Shown one piece after another: positions 1 to 9,609 of a DNA stretch of 64,000 nucleotides; the first letter of the stretch is position 1, and every line of letters starts with the position of its first letter. The DNA lies in NCBI GenBank assembly GCA_963700635.1, contig CAVOYH010000004.1, positions 672,001-736,000 of the forward strand, written 5' to 3'. Below the pieces are notes generated by a model. The model ran no database searches. It saw only the letters and a program-made list of their open reading frames with translations, and was not told where the DNA came from. Origin of the DNA: an uncultured Bacteroidota bacterium. GTDB lineage: Bacteria; Bacteroidota; Ignavibacteria; UBA10030; UBA6906. The translations under genes and the position numbers were made by a program.

Positions 1-1
1 T

Positions 2-1401
2 GTTCTGTGTATCGCTGCTGCGGCGTCGGGGCAGACATCGGACGTGTATAGCAGGTACTTCGGAACGTCGACGATGCGTGTTGACTACTATCATACCGGC
101 ATAAAAGGCGAAGAGCGTTTCAGCCTGGACCGTGTCTATGAGGAAGGCCCCTGGCCGGATCAAAAACCCAGCTGGTGGACCCGTTGAACCTGGGTGAGTT
201 TCTTGTGCGGGTGTACGATTCTGCCACAAACGTGCTGGTATACTCACGTGGTTTTTCATCCATCTTCCAGGAATGGCAGACTACGGATGAAGCGGCCGCG
301 GGCGTGTATCGTACCTTCGAGGAGACCGTGCGGTTTCCGTTTCCCCAGCGAACGGTCCAGGTGAGCATCTCCAGGCGCGACAAACGTATGGTGTTCCGGG
401 AAATCTTCTCGACAACCATTGATCCGGCCGACCCCACGGTCGTGCGCAAGGAGAAACGTCCGGCTCCCTTTGCCGTCAAAGCCCTGATGCAAAATGGACC
501 TCCGGCTCAGAAAGTCGATATCCTTATCCTCGGAGACGGATATGCCATGGCTGACCTGGAGAAGTTTCGCACCGATGCGGCGCATTTTAATGACGTGATG
601 TTTTCGACCCGGCCGTTTGCGCAGCGGAAGAACGACTTCAACGTATGGACGGTGGAGGTGATTTCGGACGAATCGGGGATTGATGTCCCGGACAAGAACG
701 TCTGGAAATCCAACGCTCTGGGATCGATGTACAACACCTTCGGGTCCGCCCGGTACGTCCTCACGACCGAGAATCGAGTGCTCCGTGATATAGCGGGAAC
801 CGCCCCGTACGACTTTCTCTGTATACTCGTGAACGACACGCGGTACGGTGGCGGAGGGATCTTTAATCTTTATGCCACCACGTACACCAGGGAAGGGGTT
901 GACAATCAGAAATGGCAGATGGACTATGTGTATGTCCACGAATTCGGCCACTCATTCGGTGGGCTGGGAGATGAGTACTACAATGCGTCGACGGCGTATA
1001 ATGAGTTCTACCCGCCCGGGATTGAACCATGGGAGCCGAACGTCACGGCATTGCTGAATCGTTCCAATGTAAAATGGAAATCCCATCTCTCTCCCGGTCT
1101 TGCGGTGCCGACGCAATGGCAGAAGGCGGCATTTGACAGCATCGAAGCGCTGCGGGGGAAGCTTGACCGGCTCGCACCCGACTACTACGAGAAGCGGGAA
1201 CCGCTCTACCGGGCTTCGATGGAGATTCTCCGCTCCCCTGAATTCGCCGGAAAGGTGGGGGTGTTTGAGGGATCAGGGTATGCCTCACAGGGGCTTTTCC
1301 GCCCCGCGCTTGATTGCAGGATGTTTTCGTTAAGCCTGGTGGATTTTGATCCCGTCTGCAGCGCAGCTCTTGAACGCATGATCAACCTTTACTCACGATA
1401 G
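2..1401 (+). CDS. IgA peptidase M64-family metallopeptidase, 5'-truncated by the window edge, with an apparent -1 frameshift near nt 157
   Basis: Zinc motif HEFGHSFGGLGDEY in ORF 175..1401. Frame 2 from nt 2 encodes the N-terminal part (TMRVDYYHTG..ERFSLDRVYEEGPWP), which continues in frame 1 as GSKTQLVDPLNLG. Confidence 0.85.
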
Positions 1402-1410
1402 GAGATTCTT

Positions 1411-2235
1411 ATGAAACAGATACTGCTGGTGGTTCTCATTGCTCTTCTGGCGGCCCCGCTCGCTGCGCAGACAACCCCCCGGGTTCCGCGTACGAGCCAG
1501 GGGGCGAAAGTCACACAATTTATCGGGCTCAGTGAAGTGTCCGTGTCGTATCACCGGCCCGGCGTAAAAGGGCGGGAAATTTGGGGTAACGTTGTGAAGT
1601 TTGACGAACCGTGGCGCGCCGGTGCCAATGAACCGACCCTTCTCACGGTCAGCGACGATGTGACCATCGCCGGCAAAAAAATTCCGGCGGGGGCATACCG
1701 GCTCGTGGTGCTTCCATCACGGGCAGGGGACTGGACAATTGTCTTGAACACTGAGACCAAGAACTGGGGAAGCATCTACGATGCCCGGTACGACACGTTG
1801 AAGATCGCCGTAAAGCCCGAAGCAGGCCAGCACGAGGAGTGGATGTCCTTTACCTTTGTTGACCTTACGCCGACATCCGCTCGACTCATTCTCGCCTGGG
1901 AGAAGATCCGGCTGGCACTCCCGATGGAATTTAATACCCTGGCGAAGATACAGGGTTCGGTTGGTTCGTGGCAGCTGCTTTCCAGCGCCGCACGGTTTGC
2001 GGCAGACAACAACCTGTATCTTACAGAAGGGCTCGGGTGGGCGGACAGGGCGATCGCGCTGGAGAAAAGCCCGCGCACTCTCCAGGTGAAGGCCGAACTT
2101 CTCGCCAAAACAGGGAACACCGCCTCCGCGATCACCGTCGCCGAAGAGGCGATGAAGCTGGCGAAAGCAAAAGATCCCAAGGCGAATACAGAGGCTCTCG
2201 AGGCTCTGCTTGCAGGCTGGAAGATGAAAAAGTAA
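1411..2235 (+). CDS. DUF2911-domain secreted protein with a C-terminal TPR-like helical region
   Basis: Signal peptide; motif SQGAKVTQFIGLSEVSVSYHRPGVKGREIWG..WRAGANEPT; GGAG RBS. Confidence 0.85.
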   Translation: MKQILLVVLIALLAAPLAAQTTPRVPRTSQGAKVTQFIGLSEVSVSYHRPGVKGREIWGNVVKFDEPWRAGANEPTLLTVSDDVTIAGKKIPAGAYRLVVLPSRAGDWTIVLNTETKNWGSIYDARYDTLKIAVKPEAGQHEEWMSFTFVDLTPTSARLILAWEKIRLALPMEFNTLAKIQGSVGSWQLLSSAARFAADNNLYLTEGLGWADRAIALEKSPRTLQVKAELLAKTGNTASAITVAEEAMKLAKAKDPKANTEALEALLAGWKMKK

Positions 2236-2277
2236 ACCGTTGTTGCCGCTCTTGTGATTGTTCTGCGGCCGGAGTGC

Positions 2278-3987
2278 CTAGGCGTGTGACCGGGTCTCCG
2301 GCCGTTTTTGCGACTCTCCCAGCGTCCAGAGTATGGCCACCGTCACCACCACGGCGCATCCGATAACGTTGTACCAGAGCCACGCGATCGGGGTGAAGAG
2401 GAAACACGCGATGACCACCGCCTCTCCGAGCAACGCCCCGACAAATGTGGCCGTCCCGCCAATCCGCTTTCCGTAGAACGCCAGCAGAAAGATCCCCAGC
2501 ATGGTTCCGTAGAAGAGGGAACCCAGGATGTTCACCGCTTCGATGAGTGAACCAAGCCGGCTTGCATACTGCGCGAAGGCAATCCCGTAGATCCCCCATG
2601 CAGCCATAAACAGGCGGGACGCGCGCATATAATGTTGTTCCGATTTGTCGGCCCGGAGAAAGCGTTTGTACACATCCACAATGGAAATGGTGGCCAGGGC
2701 GCTTAATTCACCCGAGGAGGATGACAGGGATGCGGCAAAGATGCACGCAAAGACCAGTCCGACAAGTCCTACCGGAAGATACGTGAGCACGAACGAGAGA
2801 AAAATGTAATTGGTATCGGAGCGGTCCGTGGCCGGCATATGCTCGCCGAGAAGTGCAGAAGCCTCCATCCGGAGACGGTCAACAGTCTGCTGAGCCGTCA
2901 CGAGGATCTGCCGGGCGTCTCCCGTGGTGTGCGCGTCCGCGCTATGACGCGCGCGCACAAATCCTTCGGCCGCCGTGCGCCGGTCATTCACCGCGTTGTG
3001 GTGTCTGGCCTCCAGTTCGCGGTATGCTTCGCCGTGTGCTCCGTTTCTGGCCTCGGCGGCAGCCGTGGGGTTGAAAAAAAGCGGCGGTTCTGCAAAAAGG
3101 AAGAACACGTATACGAGGACACCGAGCAGGAGCATAAAAAACTGCATCGGGACTTTGGCGACGCCATTAAACAGGAGTGCCAGCCGGCTCTGGGTGATCG
3201 ATTTGCCGGTCAGATACCGTTGGACCTGTGACTGGTCTGTCCCGAAGTAGGCCAGGGCCACAAACGTTCCCCCTACCAGACCCGTCCAGAATGTATATCG
3301 GTTCTCAAGATCAACCTGGAAGTCGATGGTGTTAAGCTTGCCGGCGGCGCCGGCGAGACTCAGGGCGTCGGTAAGCGAAACATCGGGAGGGAGAAGCGCC
3401 AGGAGGACAATGCCCGCCGCAAGCATTCCCGCCATGATAATGGTGAGCTGAAGCACATGGGTGTGGTTCACCGCCTTCACGCCGCCGGTTGCCGTCACGA
3501 TAATGACAATCCCCCCGATGAGGATTGACGTGATGCGTACATCTATTCCGAGCATCACGGAGAGGACAAGTGACGGGGCATAAATTGTCATCCCCGTTGC
3601 CAGCCCGCGTGACACCAGGAACAGCCCCGTTCCGAGCAGCCGCATTTTTGGATCAAACCTTCGTTCGAGAAACTCGTAGGCGCTGTACACCCCGAGCCGG
3701 TGGAACTTTGGTACGGCGGTGATGGAAAGCAGGACCATGGCAAGTGGAAGGCCGAAATAGAACTGCAGAAAGCGCATGCCGTCCACGTAGGCCTGGCCGG
3801 GCGTCGATGTGAATGTGATCGCGCTCGCCTGGGTGGCCATGATGGAGAGTGCAACGGTACCCCAGCCGAGCGAACGGTCGGCGAGAAGGAAGCTCTGTAT
3901 TGACGCACTGCCCCTGCCACGCCACACGCCGTACAGCGTCATGGTGAGGAGTGTGCCGCCGAGGACGATCCAGTCAGGTGTGCTCAT
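2278..3987 (-). CDS. Sodium:solute symporter (SSS family)
   Basis: SIMATQASAITF, YFGTDQSQVQRYL and many TM segments. Start moved to the ATG at 3987 (MSTPDWIVLG), which overlaps the upstream small ORF. Confidence 0.93.
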   Translation of the reverse strand: MSTPDWIVLGGTLLTMTLYGVWRGRGSASIQSFLLADRSLGWGTVALSIMATQASAITFTSTPGQAYVDGMRFLQFYFGLPLAMVLLSITAVPKFHRLGVYSAYEFLERRFDPKMRLLGTGLFLVSRGLATGMTIYAPSLVLSVMLGIDVRITSILIGGIVIIVTATGGVKAVNHTHVLQLTIIMAGMLAAGIVLLALLPPDVSLTDALSLAGAAGKLNTIDFQVDLENRYTFWTGLVGGTFVALAYFGTDQSQVQRYLTGKSITQSRLALLFNGVAKVPMQFFMLLLGVLVYVFFLFAEPPLFFNPTAAAEARNGAHGEAYRELEARHHNAVNDRRTAAEGFVRARHSADAHTTGDARQILVTAQQTVDRLRMEASALLGEHMPATDRSDTNYIFLSFVLTYLPVGLVGLVFACIFAASLSSSSGELSALATISIVDVYKRFLRADKSEQHYMRASRLFMAAWGIYGIAFAQYASRLGSLIEAVNILGSLFYGTMLGIFLLAFYGKRIGGTATFVGALLGEAVVIACFLFTPIAWLWYNVIGCAVVVTVAILWTLGESQKRPETRSHA

Positions 3988-4148
3988 GAGAAGAATCTGG
4001 AGAAGACATACACCAGGATCATGATGATCACCAGAATCGCGATGACGCCGAGATAGAGGTTCCGCCACGTTCCCAGGAAGGGGGGCGGCCCGTCATCATC
4101 GTTGCGTTTTCGGCGATCGTCCGTGCGTTGAGTGTTGTGGTTGTCCAT
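3984..4148 (-). CDS. Small single-pass membrane protein (54 aa), probable SSS accessory subunit
   Basis: MDNHN..PPPFLGTWRNLYLGVIAILVIIMILVYVFSRFFS; its stop overlaps the SSS start (ATGA coupling). Confidence 0.75.
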   Translation of the reverse strand: MDNHNTQRTDDRRKRNDDDGPPPFLGTWRNLYLGVIAILVIIMILVYVFSRFFS

Positions 4149-6624
4149 TCCGGAGTGCGAGGATGTTCGCAAAAAGCCTGTATGCCCCCTCCACACCGGC
4201 CGGAAGCTGCCGGAAGAAGGCGTAGGCATTGTACACAAAAACTCCCTTCCCATGCCGGGCAAGGAGCAGGCCGCCGTTCCGTCTGGGCTCGCCGCTGTCC
4301 TGACAGCTCAGAACACTGTCGTATCGACTGTCCCATCGATCCGCAAAATAGAGTCCACGCTCCTGGATCCACCCGTCAAAATCCTTCGGACCAATCCGGT
4401 TGGGGCTTCTGAACAGCGGGTGGTCCGGCAGGAGCATGGTCACGGGTGCGTCTTCCTCCGCGACACGGTCGCGTGAGAAAAAAAGTGGATACGGTCCGAT
4501 CGCCTCGGTCTCGCCGCGCTGCGTTGTGTTGTACTGCACAACGTATGTGCCGCCGCCGGCCACGTATTCCAGCAGGCGTTCGTGATTACGGCGAAGGGCC
4601 GGGCGGGTGTTATATGCACGGATTCCGGCGACGATAACATCAAACCCGGAAAGCCTGGTGAGCGCAAGATCGTCATCCGAAAGCATCTCAACATGGTAAC
4701 CGAGTTGTTGTATGGCAGCGGGCATTTCATCCCCGGCACCCATAATGTACGCGGCTCGTCCACCCGGGCTGCTGATCTTAGAATGAAGCAGATGGGTTTG
4801 TGCCGGGGCCATGACTATCTGACGCGGAATATGTTTGTACGTCACCGTTTCAAGTGCGCTGCGTGTTTTTGCCGGCCCGATTTCGACCTCCACGCCCGCA
4901 ACCCCCGCGGAGGCGCCTTGCGGCGGGGTAATAACCGTGCGGTAAAGTGCCTCTCCCGAGCCAGCGGAAAGGTCCACCGCATGCCGGGAAGGGGAGACGT
5001 GCCAACCCGGCGGAACGATAACGCGCATCGTACCGCGTACCGCCTGTTCACCTGCCAGGAGGGATACGTGAAGGGCTTTTGCGGAGTCACCGGAGAAGAG
5101 CAGGACTTTCTCCCGCATCCGGATGCTTACCGGAGGCGTTACCGCGAACGGAACATACACCTCGCCGTCAACCGGATCAACGGATTTATGCTGAAGCGGA
5201 ACGGTGAGGGTCAGGGCGCCTTCGGGATGGGAGAGACGAACCTGTGCAGCGATGCTGATGGGGGCCTCGGCAAGGCCTCTATGCTGCTGTGACGCGACGC
5301 TGTAGGCACCGGCGGTGTGAGGCAGCTCCAGCCAGTACGGCTGGGTGTACTGCTGGGTGCGGGGAAGAGAGATGACCGATTGTATCCGGACCAATGTGTT
5401 GGTTTGGAGAGTGGTGGCGACGATACTGTCCCGGCTCGCGAAGGGGAACCGCACGTTCTCAAGTCGAAACATCGGGCTGGAGCGACTCACCATGGACACC
5501 GTCACGGGAACATCAGAGCCCGGGGGTGCGGTGGACACTGTCGTTGTGGCCTCAACCCAGAGCCCCGCGCAGGCCATGATGAGATCGTCCACCTGGGCCT
5601 TCTTATACGTGACCCAGTAATGGGCGGGCAATCCGGCCAGAATGTTGGAGGCGCGAAAGAGCGGCGTGACACTTGCAGCGGGGTCTTCTACAAGAAAAGC
5701 CGCGCGTGCTTCTGCAATGAGTGAATCCACTGCATGGGCGCCGTCAATTCTGCTCCATGTCAGGGGAACACCATCGAACAGATCATGAAGAGCCGAGTCC
5801 CCGCGCATATGCTGGAAGCTGTTCAGAACCTCCCCGCGGTTTTGCGACGCTCCGAAGCCCTGGCTCTTATGCATACTTCTTCCTTCGCCGGCAAGTTCGG
5901 CAAATGACCGGCCGAGCAGCGGCGAGTACTCTCCAAGGTTGATGCGTACAACTCCGGGGCCGGGCGGAGAATCCGGAGGGTTGCCCCGGAACACATTCCA
6001 CAGAAGGCGTTTTGCCTGCCAGGGTTCCGTGAACCGGAGTTGTTCCGGAAATCGTGCCGGATCCGCCGCCGCATCAAAAGCTTCAACGGCAAGGATCGCC
6101 GACGCCGTGTGGTTTCCATGGCCTCCGAGCTGCGGTGTGAATCGTGTGACAATGACATCCGGCCTGAACGTCCGGATTATCCAGACAACATCGGACAACG
6201 TTGAGTCGTGATTCCAGAACCGGAGAGTCTCATCAGAACTCTTGGAATATCCGAAATCGATGGCCCGTGTGAAGTACTGCTCTGCGCCGTCGATTCTCCG
6301 GGCCGCAAGCAGCTCCTGCGTCCGGATAAGACCGAGAGGTGCGCCCTGTTCCGGTCCGATCAGGTTTTGTCCGCCTTCCCCCCTGGTGATGGAGAGGTAC
6401 GCTGTGCGCATCCCCCTGCCCCTGGCCATCGCCGCGAGAAAAGCGGTATTTTCGTCGTCGGGGTGTGCTGCGATGTAAAGGACGGATCCCAGCACCTGCA
6501 GGTGGTCGAGGGCGAGTTTGATCTCCGAGGAAGTGCGCGGGTGGACCGTCTGTGTGTGTACGGACGCCTGCCCTGCAAGAACGGCAGTGGCAATCAGGAT
6601 ACCGAGAATCTGGCGGAACGGCAT
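4096..6624 (-). CDS. Secreted PIG-L/LmbE-family de-N-acetylase with Ig-like and C-terminal class-I GATase-like domains
   Basis: Signal peptide; AHPDDE, TRGEGGQN, R..EL..A, DFGYSK and GHGNH motifs. Confidence 0.92.
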   Translation of the reverse strand: MPFRQILGILIATAVLAGQASVHTQTVHPRTSSEIKLALDHLQVLGSVLYIAAHPDDENTAFLAAMARGRGMRTAYLSITRGEGGQNLIGPEQGAPLGLIRTQELLAARRIDGAEQYFTRAIDFGYSKSSDETLRFWNHDSTLSDVVWIIRTFRPDVIVTRFTPQLGGHGNHTASAILAVEAFDAAADPARFPEQLRFTEPWQAKRLLWNVFRGNPPDSPPGPGVVRINLGEYSPLLGRSFAELAGEGRSMHKSQGFGASQNRGEVLNSFQHMRGDSALHDLFDGVPLTWSRIDGAHAVDSLIAEARAAFLVEDPAASVTPLFRASNILAGLPAHYWVTYKKAQVDDLIMACAGLWVEATTTVSTAPPGSDVPVTVSMVSRSSPMFRLENVRFPFASRDSIVATTLQTNTLVRIQSVISLPRTQQYTQPYWLELPHTAGAYSVASQQHRGLAEAPISIAAQVRLSHPEGALTLTVPLQHKSVDPVDGEVYVPFAVTPPVSIRMREKVLLFSGDSAKALHVSLLAGEQAVRGTMRVIVPPGWHVSPSRHAVDLSAGSGEALYRTVITPPQGASAGVAGVEVEIGPAKTRSALETVTYKHIPRQIVMAPAQTHLLHSKISSPGGRAAYIMGAGDEMPAAIQQLGYHVEMLSDDDLALTRLSGFDVIVAGIRAYNTRPALRRNHERLLEYVAGGGTYVVQYNTTQRGETEAIGPYPLFFSRDRVAEEDAPVTMLLPDHPLFRSPNRIGPKDFDGWIQERGLYFADRWDSRYDSVLSCQDSGEPRRNGGLLLARHGKGVFVYNAYAFFRQLPAGVEGAYRLFANILALRNGQPQHSTHGRSPKTQR

Positions 6625-6650
6625 AGCCCCTCATGTAGTGGTACAATACA

Positions 6651-6735
6651 CTGCCGCCGATTCACCCCGGTGTCCCTGCAAGAAAAAGGTCTCGCAGAGG
6701 AACGCCTGAGAGTGTATACAGTGAATCGGCGGCAG
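6651..6735. repeat. Perfect 15-bp inverted repeat with a 55-bp spacer
   Basis: CTGCCGCCGATTCAC (6651-6665) and GTGAATCGGCGGCAG (6721-6735), intergenic. Confidence 0.85.
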
Positions 6736-6761
6736 CGGTACGACATTAGCTCTTCATATTA

Positions 6762-8033
6762 TCACGGCGCCGGAGCGGATGGCTTCACAGCCGGTGGTTT
6801 CGGTTTCCGTGAGAGTATCCACCAGAGCAGCAGTGCCACGATGGCCACGATACCGATATACAGCAGAAACTTCTTGTCCATCACGGGCGTGGCGAGGTCC
6901 TTCACCATCATATCCAGGGCTGCGTATTCTTTCGCGCCGAGGAGGCTCTCATGTGAAAGCGCGTCCTTCCACTCTGTATCGATCCGGGCTACCCACACAT
7001 CCTCGACGAATGCGGTAGCGTCTTCGCCGCTGTTCTTTACCTGTTCGACATACGCGCGAATGGAGGAAGAGAAGCCGGGTGCATCGGAAAACGGGATTAC
7101 TGCTGCTCCACGGACGGCGAATTCTTTTTCAATCGTGGACCAGAATGTTCGCCGGAGCACGGCATTCCATTCGGTGAGGAGTGAATCGATGCGCGCTGCC
7201 GGAACTGCCTTCGGTTGTGCGCCGGCGATGCCTGTACCGGCCTGCGCCCCCCGCCCTGCCGGTGTCTGGCTGGCAAGATACACCGCCTGCATCTTGCTGC
7301 TCAAGCCCTTCCACCGTGCGTTGAACTGCCGGTAGTTATCCAGGAGTGCGGCGAAATCTTTACCCTGAAGCTCCGTCGCGGTGAGGAACCTGACGTTATC
7401 CGAGGCAACATCGTACACGCGCGTCAGCACATTTGCCCTCTCAAGCTTTGCCGTGAGATCATCCCTGAGGACCTCACCGACGCTCGCGAGGTCCTTGCCA
7501 TAGGGCATGAACATGGAATCGACAAGGGCGAACAGCAGTTGATCTTTGGCCTGCAGGTTCGCCTGGAGACGGCGAAGAGTTTCACGCAGGGAAGCATTGT
7601 TCGCCCTGTTCTGCTGGAGCTCAGAGAACAACATATCCCGTTCTCTTGTGAGCGTGTCCAGCGATACCGTCAGTTCCTGTATCGTGGACTCCATGGCCAG
7701 AATCTGTGTCCCCTGGGTCTCCATGATGCGTGTTGACTCATACAGACGCGCGTGCATGTTCCGCAGCTCCTTCATTTTCTGGTCGAAGGTGGCGGGAAAA
7801 AGCGCTTTGTCAAGGAAGTCGCTATGGGACAGGAAGTCAAGGCCCAGTCCCTCAATACCATTGTTCAGTGAATCCAGCTGGGACGTGCTGGTTGCTGTTT
7901 CGACAAGGCGGGTGAGCCGCTCATGGCGTTCTTCAAATTCCTTCTTGAGATCGAAATCCGATTGTTGTGACGGAGCCGTGGCCGGCAGAATCAGAAGACA
8001 GCAGAAAAAAGTGACGAGCATGCGGCGAGTCAT
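6762..8033 (-). CDS. Hypothetical exported coiled-coil protein with a C-terminal TM anchor
   Basis: N-terminal signal peptide; heptad-rich middle; LLYIGIVAIVALLLWWIL followed by a basic Pro-rich tail; GGAG RBS. Confidence 0.8.
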   Translation of the reverse strand: MTRRMLVTFFCCLLILPATAPSQQSDFDLKKEFEERHERLTRLVETATSTSQLDSLNNGIEGLGLDFLSHSDFLDKALFPATFDQKMKELRNMHARLYESTRIMETQGTQILAMESTIQELTVSLDTLTRERDMLFSELQQNRANNASLRETLRRLQANLQAKDQLLFALVDSMFMPYGKDLASVGEVLRDDLTAKLERANVLTRVYDVASDNVRFLTATELQGKDFAALLDNYRQFNARWKGLSSKMQAVYLASQTPAGRGAQAGTGIAGAQPKAVPAARIDSLLTEWNAVLRRTFWSTIEKEFAVRGAAVIPFSDAPGFSSSIRAYVEQVKNSGEDATAFVEDVWVARIDTEWKDALSHESLLGAKEYAALDMMVKDLATPVMDKKFLLYIGIVAIVALLLWWILSRKPKPPAVKPSAPAP

Positions 8034-8494
8034 CGTTTATTCTCCTGGGAGAAGTCGGAGCTGGTCAGGTACCGCGGCGGCGCAGAACCGTCAAGCAATT
8101 CAATAAAGGGCGGGCGCTGGTTGAATGCGGGGGTCACGAGCCCGGTTGGTGAAACCTCTATTACACTCGCGCCGACGAGTGCGCCTTCGCCCGTCCGGAA
8201 GACGTATACGTGCTTGAACCGCGGTCCGGTGACAAAATAATATCCCTGTGCATTCCGGATAATCCGCAGGGTGGTTCCCCGCAAGGCCGTAGAATCTCCA
8301 AACTCCGCGGCGGCGAGCGGGGCGACACTCACGACGAGGGCATACCGGCCTTCCTCTATCATGTTCATACTATTCACGGCGAGGACGCTTTCCACGGGCC
8401 ATGAAAAGTTTGCGTTTTCCAGAGAAAGTGATGAACAACCAGGAAGGACCAAAAAAAGGGGAAACACGGCGAGAGTCAGCACACAGATGCGCAT
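8030..8494 (-). CDS. Hypothetical lipoprotein
   Basis: Hydrophobic leader with lipobox LPGC; ATGA overlap with the downstream gene. Confidence 0.75.
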   Translation of the reverse strand: MRICVLTLAVFPLFLVLPGCSSLSLENANFSWPVESVLAVNSMNMIEEGRYALVVSVAPLAAAEFGDSTALRGTTLRIIRNAQGYYFVTGPRFKHVYVFRTGEGALVGASVIEVSPTGLVTPAFNQRPPFIELLDGSAPPRYLTSSDFSQENKR

Positions 8495-8542
8495 GGCGGG
8501 TAGGGTCTCCTTTGCGTGACAAATGGTGCCAAAAAGTATCCA

Positions 8543-8571
8543 ATGATACCAAGTTTCCCATGTCGATGCAA
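8543..8571 (-). promoter_or_regulatory. sigma70-like promoter for the 8494 operon
   Basis: Minus strand TTGCAT-N17-TATCAT. Confidence 0.6.
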
Positions 8572-8578
8572 GCAGTTA

Positions 8579-8607
8579 TTGCATTATTGGACCATTTGAA
8601 GTATCTT
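8579..8607 (+). promoter_or_regulatory. sigma70-like promoter for the receiver/PEBP operon
   Basis: TTGCAT-N17-TATCTT, back-to-back with the minus-strand promoter. Confidence 0.55.
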
Positions 8608-8660
8608 GATAGTGCTTTCCTGCCTCACACGAATCTCCTCAACGACCCATGTTGGGCTCT

Positions 8661-9113
8661 ATGCCAAAAGCCGCCAAATCCGAAGCCAAGAAGAGTGTCC
8701 TCATTGTTGAGGACAGCATCGATTTTTCGAATCTCCTGAAATTCATTGTCGAAGACGATGGATTCCAGGGTATCCAGTTTTCGGTGCAAGAGGAGGATAT
8801 TCTCTCCGCCGTGAGGGAGCACCAACCGGCGGTGATTCTCATGGATCTTGCCTTACGCAGGAAGGGGGGGATGGACTACATCAGTGACCTGAAAAACGAT
8901 CCTGAGACAAAGGACATTCCCATCATTATCATCACAGGCCGGGATCTTGCACAGAAGGATGTTCTGGAATTACAGATGAAGGGGGTGAAGTACCTGCGCA
9001 AGGGAAGAGTGGAGATGCACGAGATCCGGAGAGAAATCAGGACCGCGGTGCTGGGTCCGGATGCCGCGGCGCCCGCAGCGCCAAAGACACCGCGCCCGGG
9101 AGGCGGTGCATGA
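8661..9113 (+). CDS. Single-domain response regulator (receiver)
   Basis: VLIVEDS acidic pocket, ILMDL phospho-acceptor Asp, IPIIIITG, YLRKG. The start could instead be 8649. Confidence 0.9.
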   Translation: MPKAAKSEAKKSVLIVEDSIDFSNLLKFIVEDDGFQGIQFSVQEEDILSAVREHQPAVILMDLALRRKGGMDYISDLKNDPETKDIPIIIITGRDLAQKDVLELQMKGVKYLRKGRVEMHEIRREIRTAVLGPDAAAPAAPKTPRPGGGA

Positions 9114-9586
9114 ACGTCTTCTGCCCGGTCCTGCTCAGCGGAAAATACCTGCCGACAAAATGTGCGCACCGGAGAGTAAGCGGCGGACAGAATATCGCTC
9201 CTCCCGTGGAGTGGGCTGAAGTACCCTCCGGCGTGAAGTCATTCGCGCTTTCCATCATCGACCGGCACCCGGTGGCAAACAACTGGGTGCACTGGTTTGT
9301 TGTGAACATACCGGCTGCTGTGAGGGAAATACACGAGGGTGCCTCGGGAATACGCGATCTTTTGCCGCCGGGGTCACTCGAAATACGGAACTCCTATGGT
9401 GACATCGGCTATGGCGGGCCCAACCCGCCCCGCGGATCCGGCGCCCATGTCTATGAGATTACGGTGTATGCTCTTTCCATCGGGTCAACCGGCCTGGGGC
9501 CGTTTGCAACACTGGACGAATGCCTCGCGGGGATACGGCCTCATGTCGTGGCGAGTGCGAATACCGCAGGAACCTTCGAGCAGTAA
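9110..9586 (+). CDS. YbhB/YbcL PEBP (Raf kinase inhibitor-like) protein
   Basis: KSFALSIIDRHP..NWVHW..NIP, GYGGPNPPRGSGAHVY.ITVYAL. Confidence 0.9.
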   Translation: MNVFCPVLLSGKYLPTKCAHRRVSGGQNIAPPVEWAEVPSGVKSFALSIIDRHPVANNWVHWFVVNIPAAVREIHEGASGIRDLLPPGSLEIRNSYGDIGYGGPNPPRGSGAHVYEITVYALSIGSTGLGPFATLDECLAGIRPHVVASANTAGTFEQ

Positions 9587-9609
9587 CATCCCGCAGACCT
9601 CCGCGCTGA

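Noticed and set aside
6208-7335. 375-aa + strand ORF crossing the inverted repeat
   Set aside because: Overlaps two well-supported minus-strand genes and has atypical composition; not transposase-like.
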